A stretch of DNA of 64,000 nt from contig CM007989.1 in assembly GCA_002189035.1 (NCBI GenBank), positions 6,386,001 to 6,450,000 on the forward strand, written 5' to 3'. The notes under the pieces were generated by a model, which was not told the origin of the DNA, made no database searches, and saw only the letters and a list, made by a program, of their open reading frames with translations. Source of the DNA: Utricularia gibba (taxonomy: Eukaryota; Plantae; Magnoliophyta). This document shows, piece after piece, positions 1-12,540 of the stretch. The first letter of the stretch is position 1. The number at the start of each line of letters is the position of its first letter. Made by a program: the position numbers and the translations under genes.

Positions 1-1251
1 CGTAACATATAAAATAACAATAATTAAAATGAATAAGTTGCGGGAGTGAATGAGCATAGAAAAAATGGGAATGCATATAAAACATAAAATGAAGGTGATT
101 TGGTTGGGTTTACATTAGAATCTAATACTTGTGTCATTCAAGAGAGTACTTAAATCTAAATACAGCATTATCATGTCTGAAAACAAAGGGTTGCTGAAAT
201 AATAATCATGTTAAACTTAAGAACTAAAGAATTGAAAACTCAAACATAAATAAGTTCATAAACTAAAATAATGTCTACATAAGGTTTTTCGTTCATAGCT
301 AAGCATTACAATCACAATGAAAGCATGGAAAATGCAGGAAATATAGGGACACATTCAAAGTTGGAAATAAAAAGCCAGAAAATGAAAATAAAACTGTTTA
401 GCTGCAGCTGTAAGCTATAGATCTACAACATCTGAAAGTTTTGAACGAAAATGTGGTCTATAGACATGGATCTAGAAGCTGGTCAGAGGTGTTCATCAAA
501 GAACCACTATTCTCCCCTACTTCATGCTCCTCACTACTCGTTCTCATCTCGTTCCTAATTCCTCTTTTCTTTTCCTGCTCAAAGGAAGGGTATCTCTGTT
601 TTTTCCATGAGTTTTTAGAAGGAAAATCTCTACTCTAAATCTTATCTTTTTAGAAGACATCTAATTTCAACTAAAATCAAATTTTCCTCAACTTTTATGT
701 CCATTTTGACTTTTCAACATGAAAAGTGCACTACCAATACTAACTTTTACCCTATTAAAACTTAGATATAGACTAGAAAGAAAAATTAGAGTTTTTGGCT
801 CAATTGTTGTCAATTAAGCCTATTTTCGCAACAAACATATTCCTAACAATTAAATGCACGAAATGAGACAATTACATATACAAAACAACATTTTACCCTA
901 TAAAATATACTTAAAAACATATACAAAAATACAATAAAAATAGTGTTATCATTCATCCAAAGTTTAGTATGTAGTACTCAATATTGAACTTTAATAAGGT
1001 TTGACATTACTTTTAGTGTCAATCAAGTGTACTAGTGCATGCATGCTCTTACTTGAAAATACTTTGCTATGCTCAAATGTGTATTGTGCAATATTGAAAG
1101 AATATTTTATAAAATAGATATATCCTTTGACATCTCTATCAAATTTTCAAGTTTATTATGATTCTAATTGGGTAAAACTCTATCAATGAATATTGTATTT
1201 ACTTTGGGAGTATTGTGCTTGAAAAAGTAGGAAGCAATGCATAGTTGCAAG

Positions 1252-4121
1252 TAGACCTGGGTTGTAACTCACTGGGTAACAAGTCGGACTCATCGAGTCA
1301 TGGCCCTATTACGGGTTCACGAGTAGACAGGTCGATGGGTTATGACCCCAACTTGTATCGTATTTGAGTTGACTCGTTACCTATCAACTCGTTGAGTCGA
1401 TCGGGTATAGACTCACCAACCCGTATTTTCATCTTATTTTTTAAAATATTATTCTATTTTAAATTATTTTTTATTATATGGGAATGTTTTTTTATATATG
1501 CCCTATTGTATCATTAAATATTCAAGTTTAAAAAATGTAATAAAGTTTTACTTTCTTCTTTACCAAGCTTGGGACTGATACACAAATAGAGTTAAAAACC
1601 TTTTTTTTTTTGTTAGTATCAACTTACAAATATTAAATGAAAAAGATAGAAAAACTAAATTAAGAAAATTAATCAATTTCAAAACTCCCTAAGACGTCAT
1701 CATCATCATCCCATTTATCTATTTTGATATTCTATAATCTCAAATCAACAGCTACCCAATCCTTCAAGTAGATGCACACCTCCAATGTGCTGTCTGCCAA
1801 GCTCTCACGGTGAGGAGTTAGAATGTGGCCATCTAAACAAACTAAGGGCACTCTCACTAAAAATAGTGGAAGCTGGTGATGTAAAAACAGCTTTTACTAC
1901 TATAGCCAATGTAGGATAAACATACATTTGATTCTTCCACCATTCCAATATATCAAATTCATCTTCTTTAGTCTTTTCCTAGTGGATTAAACTTCACTAC
2001 CTCTCGAAAGAGTGCTTGGAGATGCAGACACCATGGCATAGAAGTCCTCTGACTTACATGAAGCATATGCATTCATCTATGTTCTAATGTTTGAGCTACT
2101 AGATTCAGTTTTGAATAAATCATATAAATAATTCAAAGCACTAATAGCTAAGTCATATATAAGTAAAGCATTATGCTTAATATTCAGAAGTCTAAGAGAA
2201 ATAACATAAGCATAATACATTTTTAAACCTGCTTGCAAATCAGAAGCCTTCACCTTTGGATCAAGAATGCTAAACTCAAGAAATAAAATATGAATATTTT
2301 GAAAATATTTTGTAAATTTTTCAACTATAGTACAAATAACTTCTGTAAGAAATCTTGTATTAAGACATTTTTTAAAAACTCTAGATATACTAAATAAAGC
2401 AATCAACATTAAATGAGTAGTGAGATAATATGATCCATTAAACGAATATGTAAATTTTTCAAAGGTAGATAACAAATCACATAAACATTCAAGTTAGTAG
2501 AAATCATAGAATCTAGCTCAATCATAAGATCAACATGCATCGATATAAAAGATGGAATAATATGCTTGTAAGGTAACAAATAATTAATCATGCAAAATGT
2601 AGAATTCCACCTAATTGAACAATCACCCTTAAAAGTCCTATATGGAATACCTTGAGCTTTACAAAGTTGCTTAACCATAGCTCTCTTAGTACTATATTTT
2701 TTCATCAACTTAACTAACTTTCGAAAGGTCCCAAAAACATGACTAAAATCATCTACCACAAAAGCATTTTGGAAACATAAATTCAATATATGGTAAGCAC
2801 AATGAGAATGAAAAAAAGAACCTTGTAGAATGGGATTCATTGACGTTTTTAATATGAAATTGCAAAAGAATTGTTAGAAATATTATCAAAAGTCACTAAA
2901 AAAATATAATCAACAATACAATATTCTATGCAAATATCTGTAATTAACTCAACAATACTAACACCCGAATGAGGAATATCAAATTGTAAATGCCAAAATT
3001 CTTTTTTACATAAGACACTTAATATCAATCCTATTAGCTGTAATTACCATATAATCCTCCTCATTCCCACCACGCCAACAATCCGCTGTTAATCCAAATT
3101 TACATTTCAAAGACTGAAATAAAAAAATTAAACAAGCCTTTTTTTCCTCAAATTGGTTAAATGCAATTCTAACGACTTTTCTTCTAGAAAACGGTAAATA
3201 TTGTGACTGCATACATGTTTTAAAAAATGTTGCATGATTGGATTTTCCACTTCAGAAAAAGTATGTTTACTAGTAATTAAAGTAAGTACATAATCAACTT
3301 GAGTTTTATGCAAGTAAAAAAAAAACTTTGCAGAAGTAGAAAGATTATCATTTAAAACATTCAAAGTACTCTATCTAAGATTTTCCTTCCCAACCTTTCT
3401 TACCCATCTACTAGGATGCTTATCTATAACATGACAATTATAATTTGTAGTTGAACTACCCTTACCATGCTTATAACCCTTATGACAATATTTACAAATT
3501 ACCATTTTTTTTACCGCATCATGCTCGAAATGCTCACTCCACACACCGCTGCCCTTTCTTTTGGTTTATGTAGAATCTGTCTAGTTTTCTCCATGAAGTG
3601 CATATTCATCCACTTCAAGCAAAGGCGACAGAATCGACTAATTCAATGAATCTTGTGCCATTAATTCAAAGAGAAAAGGTGAAATCAAAGGTTAAAACAC
3701 AAAATGCAAACAACTCTTTGATTCTCAACTAGGGTTTCAAAAAAAAAGGGGAAACACATAGATTTAAGATATGGGTATTGTGTTGTTACAAAAGAATGAA
3801 ATATAGATTGAAGAAGAAAATCATTCAAACTTCAAATAGAAAATGAAGAATGGAAAAATGCAAAATTTCAATATTTTTGGAGAAAGAAGAGCGTGAGTGT
3901 AAGGAAAGTTAATTTGAATGAATATATGTTGAATAAATACAAAAGTGATATTAATAACTAAGAAAAATTGTAAGGCTTAGAGTAATTATTGGGTTGGAAA
4001 TAATTTGGCCTACAAATTATTTATTCTTTCATGGGTTGCTCGAGTAACTCTGAATCGAAAATCACCGAATTGACTCAAACTTGTTTTTCACCAAGTTGAC
4101 TTGTGCCCATGTTCAAGTCTA
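1252..4121 (-). mobile_element. Full-length (2870 bp) defective hAT (Ac/Tam3-type) DNA transposon
   Basis: Exact 8-bp TSD GTTGCAAG at 1244-1251 and 4122-4129. Imperfect TIRs: TAGACCTGGG at the left end, and TTCAAGTCTA (rc TAGACTTGAA) at the right end. GACTC/ACTCG subterminal repeats at both ends. Internal transposase remnants on the minus strand. Confidence 0.92.
1760..3600 (-). pseudogene. Frameshifted hAT transposase
   Basis: Minus-strand fragments in hAT order: BED finger (VWSEHF..ICKYCHKGY, ~3420-3560), FGLTADCW, HCAYHILNLCFQ, RWNSTFCMI, ILDPKVK, and the C-terminal dimerisation motif YPTLAIVVKAVFTSPASTIFSESAL (~1830-1930). Split over several frames with stops. Confidence 0.88.
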
Positions 4122-5713
4122 GTTGCAAGGTTCAATATCAAAATATATCAAGTGTTCAAAGCAACTACTGTTGAAGTAATATAGATTGGAAAACTCTTAC
4201 ATTTTCCTTGAGGACTTAAAAACGGTAGTCTCAAATTTTTTGTGACAACAAAACTGCAATTGATATTGCTTTGAATGCTATTTTTCATTAGCGTATTAGA
4301 CAAATCAAGATTGATCATCATTTTGTTTGAGAACACATTTATGTAAATTCATAGGAACAATTGAGAGATTTCTTCACTAAGGCTTTGAGGCGACTATGAT
4401 TCGATTATTTAGATAACAAACTTCAGACATATCATTTATCTCGTGTGAAGGGAGTGTTGTACCAAGTTAGGGATAATATACTCATTAAATTTATAATGAT
4501 ATATTAATATTTATTCATGTATTCCCTTACGGCCTGATATAAAGTTGGGCGACCACTATATCCATTCAATAACTTTTTTTTTTCTTCCCATAAACGCTAC
4601 ACTGTGCAGTCTAATGACTATTGTGCTTAATCTTGCAATATCTTCTATAAGTTTTAACGCACATTCTCTATTGTGCTACTTTATGCAAGTCTATTTGGCA
4701 TGTTTGTTGTATTATTTACAAATATGATCAATCGTATATTCTATCATATATATTAAGTTAAAAAAATACACTATAAATAATCAGATTTATTACACACATC
4801 ACGTTAGATGTCTAGATTTATAAATTGTCGTCCCATGTTTATTAGTAGATTTACAATGAGAATTTAAGCGAAATTTTTTTAAAAAAACCAGAAAAATTGG
4901 GTATTCTGCAAATTAAAAAAAAATAGTCTACTTTACAAACACAATTTAAAAGACGCATTGGAATCAATTGGTGGAAGTGAAAGGAGTTAATGATGATAAG
5001 TTAAATTATATTTAAATTTTTAGAATTAGAATCTAATTCCGTTAAGATTGCTTTTGTTTTTAATTCTTAGGAATCTATAAAAAAATTGTTTATTAACTAT
5101 AAACGTGTAGTGGGTAAGCAAACTTTTGGATGATAGGATTAAGAATTTTTAGGATAATAATTTTGTGTTATATTTTATTTTATATATTTAAATAAATTTA
5201 AAATTAGAGTATTTTATTTAATCGTATCACCTAATTTCGAATATTTTAGTTACTAGTGAAATATTGTACACGAATTTTATCATACCCCGAAAATAAAGTT
5301 ACTTTGCCCCCTCCACCAACGCGTCCGGAAGGACACTTCTGGGAAACGTCGCCTGGGTGCGTTGTGTCGTAGCTGCTAAGAACGTTTGATGAATTCAGAT
5401 TCTGAAGCTGATGGCTGCATCGTCGTTCTTCAGGATTTTCTCAACTAAAAGCTACGGGAGTAAGCTTTGTTTCTAAATGGAGGTCGCCTTCGGCCTTGTG
5501 AGACAACCCAACTTGACACGGCTTCGTTTCTCCACAGATGATTGCTATTATGACACGTGGCACCCACTAGCGTCTGTCTTGGTACCTTGTTTTGGCTCGG
5601 CGTGCGTCCTCAACGCTACTGCTGCACGCTTCTTTTTTTGTTGTCGATCATCGCCTTGCCCAGATGTTAGAAGACTGGGTTTTTGGTTTTTCTGTGCTGA
5701 GAAGAAGAAAAAA

Positions 5714-7191
5714 ATGGATGAGCCAGAGGATTTGAGGTTCAGTTTTGAAAAGATGATGTTAAGTACGCATATTGGTTTTGGGTTTAAGTTAATTGGGTGG
5801 AAAGACACTCCCGTCGAGCTCTTGCTCAGAATCCTATCGCTCGTCGATGATCGGACGGTGGTTGTGGCTTCTGGGGTTTGCCGTGAATGGCGAGATATAA
5901 TTTGTTCCGATGTTACTCGCCTCTCCTTCTCCTGGTACCTTTTTCCTTTTCCTTTTCTTGTAACCGCGATTAGCCCTAATTTTGAAAGAATTAGGTGTGC
6001 CTGTAGTATCGTTTTTCAGGGAGATTATTGACTGGGTCACCTTTGAAAAGGGGAACTTGTCAAGTGTTGAAACTTATACCTGTTTATCAACTCTTGAGGG
6101 TTTGTGGGCATAAAATTGCTTCTGATCATCATGATGCCACTAAATTTCTCTGTTGATTCACAGGTGCAAGAGGAACATGAACAATTTGATTCTGTCCTTA
6201 GTTCCCAAGTTCACAAAACTGCAGGTCCTGGTTCTGCGGCAAAGCATACCACAACTGCAAGATGATGCTGTTGAGAAAATTGCAGACTACTGTCATGACC
6301 TGTTGGAGTTGGACCTGAGCAAGAGCTTTCGTCTCACGGATCGATCGCTGTACGCCTTAGCTCGTGGTTGTCCCAATCTCGTGAAACTGAACATCAGTGG
6401 CTGCTCTGCCTTCAGTGATACAGCTCTCGTATACTTAGCAGGATTCTGCCAAAAGCTCCAAGTTCTTAATCTATGTGGCTGTGTAAAGGCAGCGACTGAT
6501 ACAGCCTTGAAGGTGGGCGATCACAGGCTAGTGGCATAGCAATTTGCAACTGGTAACCTCCTCTTCTGGTTGTGACTGCAGGCTATTGGCCGCAGCTGCC
6601 ATCAACTCCAGTCTCTGAATCTTGGCTGGTGTGAGCAAGTTGGTGATGCTGGTGTGAAGAGCTTGGCCTACGGTTGCCCTGAACTCCAAACCGTCGACTT
6701 ATGCGGCTGCGTTCTTATCACCGGTAACGATCCCGACTTCTCTGTGTTCTTAAACCTCTAGTGATCTGTGTTGGTGGTGGTCATTTTGTGTGAATGAGTT
6801 GCTTGTCAGATGAGAGTGTGATTGCTTTGGCGAACAACTGCCCCGGCTTCGCTCTCTGGGACTCTACTTTTGCCAGAGCCTCACAGACAGGGCGATGTAC
6901 ACATTGGCACATAGCAGGAGGCAGAGCAAGCATGATATCCAGACTCCTCGGAAGGCCGACGGCGGCCTCATGAACCTGAACATCAGCCAGTGCACAGCCC
7001 TCACGCCTCCTGCAGTGCAGGCCGTTTGTGACTCGTTTCCGGCCCTTCACACATGCCCCAGCCGGCTCTCCCTCATAACCAGCGGCTGCCTGAACCTGGT
7101 CTCCGTTCGCTGCAAATGCGCCGTTCACCGCCCCACCGCCGTGATGCCCCTCTCGCTCACTGAGTTTCAGCGTCAGGTGTTGCTCTTTTGA
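5714..7191 (+). CDS. SKP2A: F-box/LRR protein SKP2A/SKP2B-like (4 exons: 5714-5934, 6164-6512, 6582-6723, 6810-7191)
   Basis: F-box WKDTPVELLLRILSLVDDRTVVVASGVCREW, then LRRs (LDLSKSFRLTDRSLYALARGCPNLVKLNISGC), C-terminal LNISQCTALTPPAVQAVCDSFPALHTC. GT-AG junctions are phase-compatible. A vs B paralogue cannot be resolved. Confidence 0.93.
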
Positions 7192-7351
7192 ACCCCTTCC
7201 TTTCACATTTTCAGGAAAAAAATCGAAGTCTTTGAATGCTTGCGACCGTAGTTCTGTAATGTCAATAGAGACTGTGTTTCTATGGTACACTCACAATCTA
7301 GAAAAAAGAAAAAGAAAATAACGAATAAATTGTGCAAAAGTCAACATCCCT

Positions 7352-7471
7352 TCACCGAGAAATTTCCTGGGTGTTGTCGTCGTTGGTCGTCACCGGCGGC
7401 GGCGCAGACTTCTCTTCGGCGGTCACCGTGGATTCTACATAAGCTTCAATTTTCACCTCCACCCCCTGGAC
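7352..7471 (-). other. Duplicated alternative terminal exon (5b) of the gene above
   Basis: Intact acceptor atgCAG|GTC, phase 0. Encodes VQGVEVKIEAYVESTVTAEEKSAPPPVTTNDDNTQEISR*, matching exon 5a at 19 of the first 22 aa. Confidence 0.65.
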
Positions 7472-7528
7472 CTGCATTTTGTAATTGATAGCAAGAGTCA
7501 TCATTGGGGATCAAGACTCTACACGGCG

Positions 7529-8909
7529 TCAATTTCCCCTTTTCAAAATCGCAGGATCTGGCGTTACCTCCGGCGTCGCCGTCGGAGGAGACTTCTCCTC
7601 GGCGGTGATCGTGGATTCCACATACGCTTCCACTTTCACCTCCACCTCCTGAACCTGCAAATAGAAGGGACTCTTTCCGTTGACGTGAAGATCAAAAAGA
7701 CCAGAGACTTCCACGTTATTGTTCGAGTAAGGTGACCTTATCTATGAATTCATCCACCAGACGTGCGTCTCTGGATGCCCTTTCTGCAACATGTTCCACC
7801 AAATCGAGACTCTCTCGTAGCTTCGACCCCTCCGGCAGCTCCTCGGCGATGTCCTCCGCCACCTTCTCGACCCCCTCCGCCACTTTCTCCACCGTGTGGA
7901 CTATCGCCTCTGTAGTCTCCACCACCATCTCGATCTCATCTATCCGTAAATGAACATGATATAATCCATTACAAGAGAAATAATATATTTTACATTTTTA
8001 TTGAATTATTTGAATTTCATCTCATCTAACTTATTTTAAATTGATATATTATTTAAGAATCAAATTTAATCTCATTTATAACTATCAATTAAATCAAATT
8101 TCATGCTGCTCTTCATTGGAATCGAACATAACATTAAAGTAGTATAAAATATATCAACAAATTAATTACTTGAATTTTGATATAGAATAAATAGTAAAAA
8201 AATATATAAAATAAGGTTGTATTTAGTCCATGTATTTATATCTTCAAAATGTATATGCCAGTAACAATTTTTGTTTGATAAATGCATGCATAATCTCTTT
8301 AATAATATTAATTCTTTTTGCATTTGAAGTTTATTAATCAAGTGAAATTTATTTCAATACATCTACCAAACACAGTTTTTTATTAGTATGAATCTACTAT
8401 CTATACTCAAATAATTTATCTACATAATTAATTAAATTAATTATTTACCTTTAAGCCGGAGAAGTGATCTCCATCTACCCCCTATGACCGGCAGCAACAG
8501 GGTAACAGCGACCCCCACCACCCACTTTCTGCGTGTTCGCAAGTGTTTCGTCAAGAATTCAACTTGGTACACAAAGAAGAACACGCAGCTCCCATTTAAA
8601 AAAAAAAAAACTCACAGCAAATCGAACGACGGCGGCGGGGTTCCGGGGACAGCGCGGCAGACTCCGTGGGTCCCCCTGAAAGCTTCACCGGATCAATCTC
8701 AAGGAAAATTGGCGCCACTTTATTCCGTAAGCGTACCTTGGAGTCCTCAGAGTGTTCCACGGAAAGAGGCGTTGATCAACACCCTTGACGATGGAAGCGC
8801 GGGTTAACGCGGAAAGCGTTGATCTGTTGATCGGAGTCCCTCGATCGCATCGATCCGAGGGCGCGAACCCGAGACTGGGGAATCCGAGGAAGAACCTGGA
8901 GATGGACAT
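7529..8909 (-). CDS. Probable plastid-targeted membrane-anchored protein of unknown function (exons 8909-8737, 8675-8616, 8528-8449, 7939-7737, 7654-7529)
   Basis: All junctions are GT-AG and in phase. Ser/Arg-rich N-terminus ending VCRAVP resembles a transit peptide. Hydrophobic KWVVGVAVTLLLPVIGGRW segment, then amphipathic VEKVAEGVEKVAEDIAEELPEGSKLRESL. This resembles a conserved uncharacterised plant family (At2g14095-like, from recollection, unverified). Confidence 0.75.
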
Positions 8910-9119
8910 GGCCTGCGGCGATGCAAGTTACGGAAGGATTGAATGCCAACGGCGAAGGTAGCAGTAGGCTTTTATGCACAAGACTACGGCTCGTTGACTT
9001 TTCCAGCAGATGAAATTGTAGACTCAGGATTGTTTCCTTGAGTTCAAAGTTAGGCGTCTTTTTGAGTTCGTGACGCCACTGCAACCTGCTCACATTAGGG
9101 GGCATGGGTTCAACGTGTT

Positions 9120-9600
9120 GCGCATTAGAAAATGAATCGTCGTCCCGAGCCCATGATACGGTTCATGAGTGAATTGGTTAGCAAATAAATCATGCACCTG
9201 ATCTGCGCATCCTCATCTTGAACGCGCTACAGGCTGCGGGCCTAGTTTGGCTCGCATCTGAAGGGATATACGGCTGGTCCGAGTGCCTGATCTAGGCCCC
9301 TATAAAGCAGGCCATGACTGTTGTGACCCGCCCCCGTAATGGGCACTGGTCCGAGTGTCTGATTTGACCTGCTTCTGCAATGGGCTACGATCCGAGTACC
9401 TGTGGCCTGCCTCTGATTCGGGCTACTGCAGGAGGCCTGAGCCAGGTGGGCTCCGGAGCGTACGTGCACTGGGGCCCGAGCATACCGAACTCAAGATGAG
9501 TTTGAGGAGAATAGGGAATAGTGGGCTAAGTCATTCTAACGATGTTGCCCATTCCAGGGGTAAATGCAAATCCTGATTCTTTTCCCCTTGGAGGACTATC
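9120..9600. repeat. GC-rich island with short CCGAG-core repeats, possibly an LTR/TE remnant
   Basis: CTGGTCCGAGTGCCTGAT (~9274) and CTGGTCCGAGTGTCTGAT (~9346), with degenerate copies at ~9124, ~9389 and ~9472. TATA-like CCCTATAAAG at ~9298. No TSD or TG..CA ends found. Confidence 0.3.
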
Positions 9601-9882
9601 CGAAACGACAGTTTACAAATGCATCTGAATACCTGACTAACACTATGAGAGGTAAACGTGTTACACGAAACTACATGAGGTCATATTAGTAGTGTAGTAC
9701 ATTTCTTACCCGAGGCTCTGGACGGGCGTAAACACGATGTTTTGGAAAACTCGGCAGCATCTTTGCTGGAAAACAATCTGTGGAGAACGCATTGGCAGTA
9801 GAGAATGCTATAGTCAGTGAAGAAACAAAGCAGAGGGTCGGATGATCTAGCTAACTACGAAAAAAAATTCTAACAAACCTCT

Positions 9883-12097
9883 CTAAGCTTTTAATCCCGT
9901 TGTGTGGAGACTTTCTTCATGTTTCAGAGTTCTTGCTGCATTTAGAAGCATATCAACTCCACCAGACTTGTTTAGAGCGTTTCCTATCTGCACCTTATGA
10001 TTTCCGTTTCTGTGGCTCCTGCCAGACTTCTCCGTATTTTCATACAGACATTTAGCTTTCTGGATGTGCTTCATATCAGCATCACATCCTTCACAGAACC
10101 ATCGCCCTTTTGGGATGCTATCCCGAGGAGGCTTCATGCAGTAGATATGGTATCCATGATCACAGCCATCACACAGAACAATCTTATCATCATCCTGATC
10201 AACTAGGCAAGCTCTGCATAGACACGAAGGGCAATACCAGCAACGCGCATGGGATAGTAACTCGCTGCTCATCAAGCATTTTACATGGTAGAACTTGTGA
10301 GGGCATAAGGAATGACCACATGTTTTATGGCCTTCATCATTTCCAATTGTATCACGACAAATCTTGCAGTCTGGTAAGTTATTTTCCAGTGATTCCATAG
10401 CTCCCTTGCTCCACATAAGCTTGCCTTCTTCACAATCTGGAAATCCTTGTGAGCTCATTCTTTCACAAGCTACACAGTTTTCATGTGGGAATCCAATTTT
10501 CTTGATGGTGCAGCTAATGCATTGCCAACTTTTCGCAGGGATTTCTTGTACAGGTGGATCAATGCAGGATGTGTGGTAAAACATTTCACAAGAATCACAG
10601 ACAAGACCATTCGTTCCATCTGCCTTCTTGCCACACTGCCTACAAATGTGACGTTCATTGAGAGCGGATTCAGCTCTCACTTCTTCAGGCTTATCAGAGC
10701 TTTCGATAAAGACCTGTCATCATTAGAATAATCGTAAAAAATTCGCATCCAAAAACCCTACAATAGAATAATGAGCTTTAAGATTTTTTAATCAATGTAA
10801 CCTGAAACCTAGTCTTAAATCATTTTTTTTTCTTTTGTAACATCCAAAGTCTAAAACCTTAAACACTAACTGATAAAAAAGGATACCATAAAGCCATTAC
10901 CTCATTTCCCAAATCTGCAGAAAACAAGTTCACGGTCCGCACAACCTAGGATGGTTAAATGGGTTACGTGGATGATGTGGGGAAACACTCTTAAAGAATA
11001 CCTTATGTTAGCAAAGTAATCTACCCTTTGTTGAAAAGAAGCCACTGCTTCATCTGAGATTGATCTGACTAGATTGACTATATCATTTCCAAGCTTCTCA
11101 ATTTGCGAAAACACCTAAGAAGAATCTATTTCTTAGCAGATATATGCGACATGCGGACTGAAGAATAGATTTTAGACGCGCACCTGTTGGATGTCTGATT
11201 GAAAAAGCGAGGGAGAACTTTCATATGTGTTCTCCTGCATCTCAAGATTAATATGGCGGAAATCGAGTAACTTTCCTGCCTTCATGCCATTATCATAGAG
11301 TAAACTACACAACTTTGAAAAATTTTCAGACATGATAATATCAGAAAAAGTGAGGCAACAGTGATCTGCAATTCTGAATCTTTTCGATCCATAAGCTGAT
11401 CTATTACATGGCACTTCCAGGCTCCCCTTCATGGTATTAGTAGAGTAGTCGTTTCTTGAAAATGATTTGATCCGAGGTTCACAAAATGGATTAGATTTCT
11501 GCAAAGGAAACTACCAAAATTACTTAAACCTGCATTTCCTACATTTTTTATTCAAAGCCTTGTCCCTTGTTTATTTGCACAAAGAGCACAAAGAACAAAG
11601 GTCTTCCAAAATCACAAATCGTGCATACCTTCATCAGCGTTCTTGAACCACTTGCAGGATGAAATGCAAGCGCATCATGTATACAGTCCCTAAGTCCGCC
11701 ATTAAGTTCAAGCGACTGACATATTTCCTGAAGAATGATATTTCTTTGGTGGTTGAAAGCGCAAGCACCGGATGTGCTACGAACTTCCTCCTACTCAAGT
11801 TTTATTTTCAAAAAAAAATATCAAGATAACAATTCAAAATTACCAAATCACAAAGAACCACAAAAGTATAGAAATTCACTGAACACAAGGAAGAACTCCC
11901 ATATCTCATTCAATGGGAAAAACAAAAAAACTACAAGAAACCATCACCTGTGCCCCAAACCAAGACTCTCCAGGAGCCAACACGCTTCCACCTTCACTAG
12001 TGTTGGAGAACTTCCTCCTCTTGTATGTAAGCCAGATAACTCTCGAATTGGAAGGCCCAGCTTCGAAATCCATATCATTATCATTTTCCTCGCCCAT
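9883..12097 (-). CDS. EHD3: PHD-finger protein EHD3-like (multi-exon)
   Basis: N-terminal LTYKRRK, exon EICQSLELNGGLRDCIHDAL, helical region FSKLCSLL..DFRHINLEM...SDIQQV. Last exon carries the PHD fingers CRQC..LVCDSCEMFYHTSC..WQC and WYCPSCLCRACLVDQDDDKIVLCDGCDHGYHIYC..WFC. Confidence 0.87.
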
Positions 12098-12344
12098 CGC
12101 CCAACTGGTTAACTCCGTGAATCAATAATCACATTCCTATAACAAAGAAACTATCACCACAACCACCTGAACTCCCAAGAAGAAACCGAACTCTCCTGGA
12201 GACAGCATCACAAATCGTTCAGTTGGGGATTCAAAAATTATGACCCCAAAAACCCCCAAACAAACACATAATCCAGAATAGACTTCAATAAGTTCCAATA
12301 ACTCGAGCATTTTACCTCCGTCCGAGAACAACTACACATGCGAG

Positions 12345-12540
12345 GTTTGAACCCTAGAGAGAAGCAAAAAGAGGAGTGGAGAGAGAGCTCCAAGTAATCT
12401 TTGAGAGGGGGATATTCCGAATTTTAAAAAATTTGAAAGACGGGCCTCAAAATTTAAACTTTTTAATATTTCTTTTTGGGCCCCAAAATGCGGCCCAGTT
12501 TTCCCTCATGCCCAGACTAAGCTCACCTGGGCCCACTTTC
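12345..12540. promoter_or_regulatory. Telo-box plus site II (TGGGCY/GGCCCA) cluster upstream of the EHD3-like gene
   Basis: AACCCTA at ~12350 and several GGGCC/GGCCCA motifs at ~12442-12535, 250-440 bp upstream of the ATG. Confidence 0.5.

Noticed and set aside
441-638. 65-aa ORF and its purine-rich antisense
   Set aside because: Low-complexity composition with no recognisable domain or splice context.
5477-5713. 79-aa in-frame N-terminal extension of SKP2 from ATG 5477
   Set aside because: It has no similarity to SKP2 proteins and is U-rich. A GTAAGC donor at 5460 and an AG at ~5701 suggest it lies in a 5' UTR intron.
6781-7290. 169-aa minus-strand ORF and other long antisense ORFs (e.g. 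43739-44284, 17459-17818, 38830-39180)
   Set aside because: Shadow ORFs opposite real exons.
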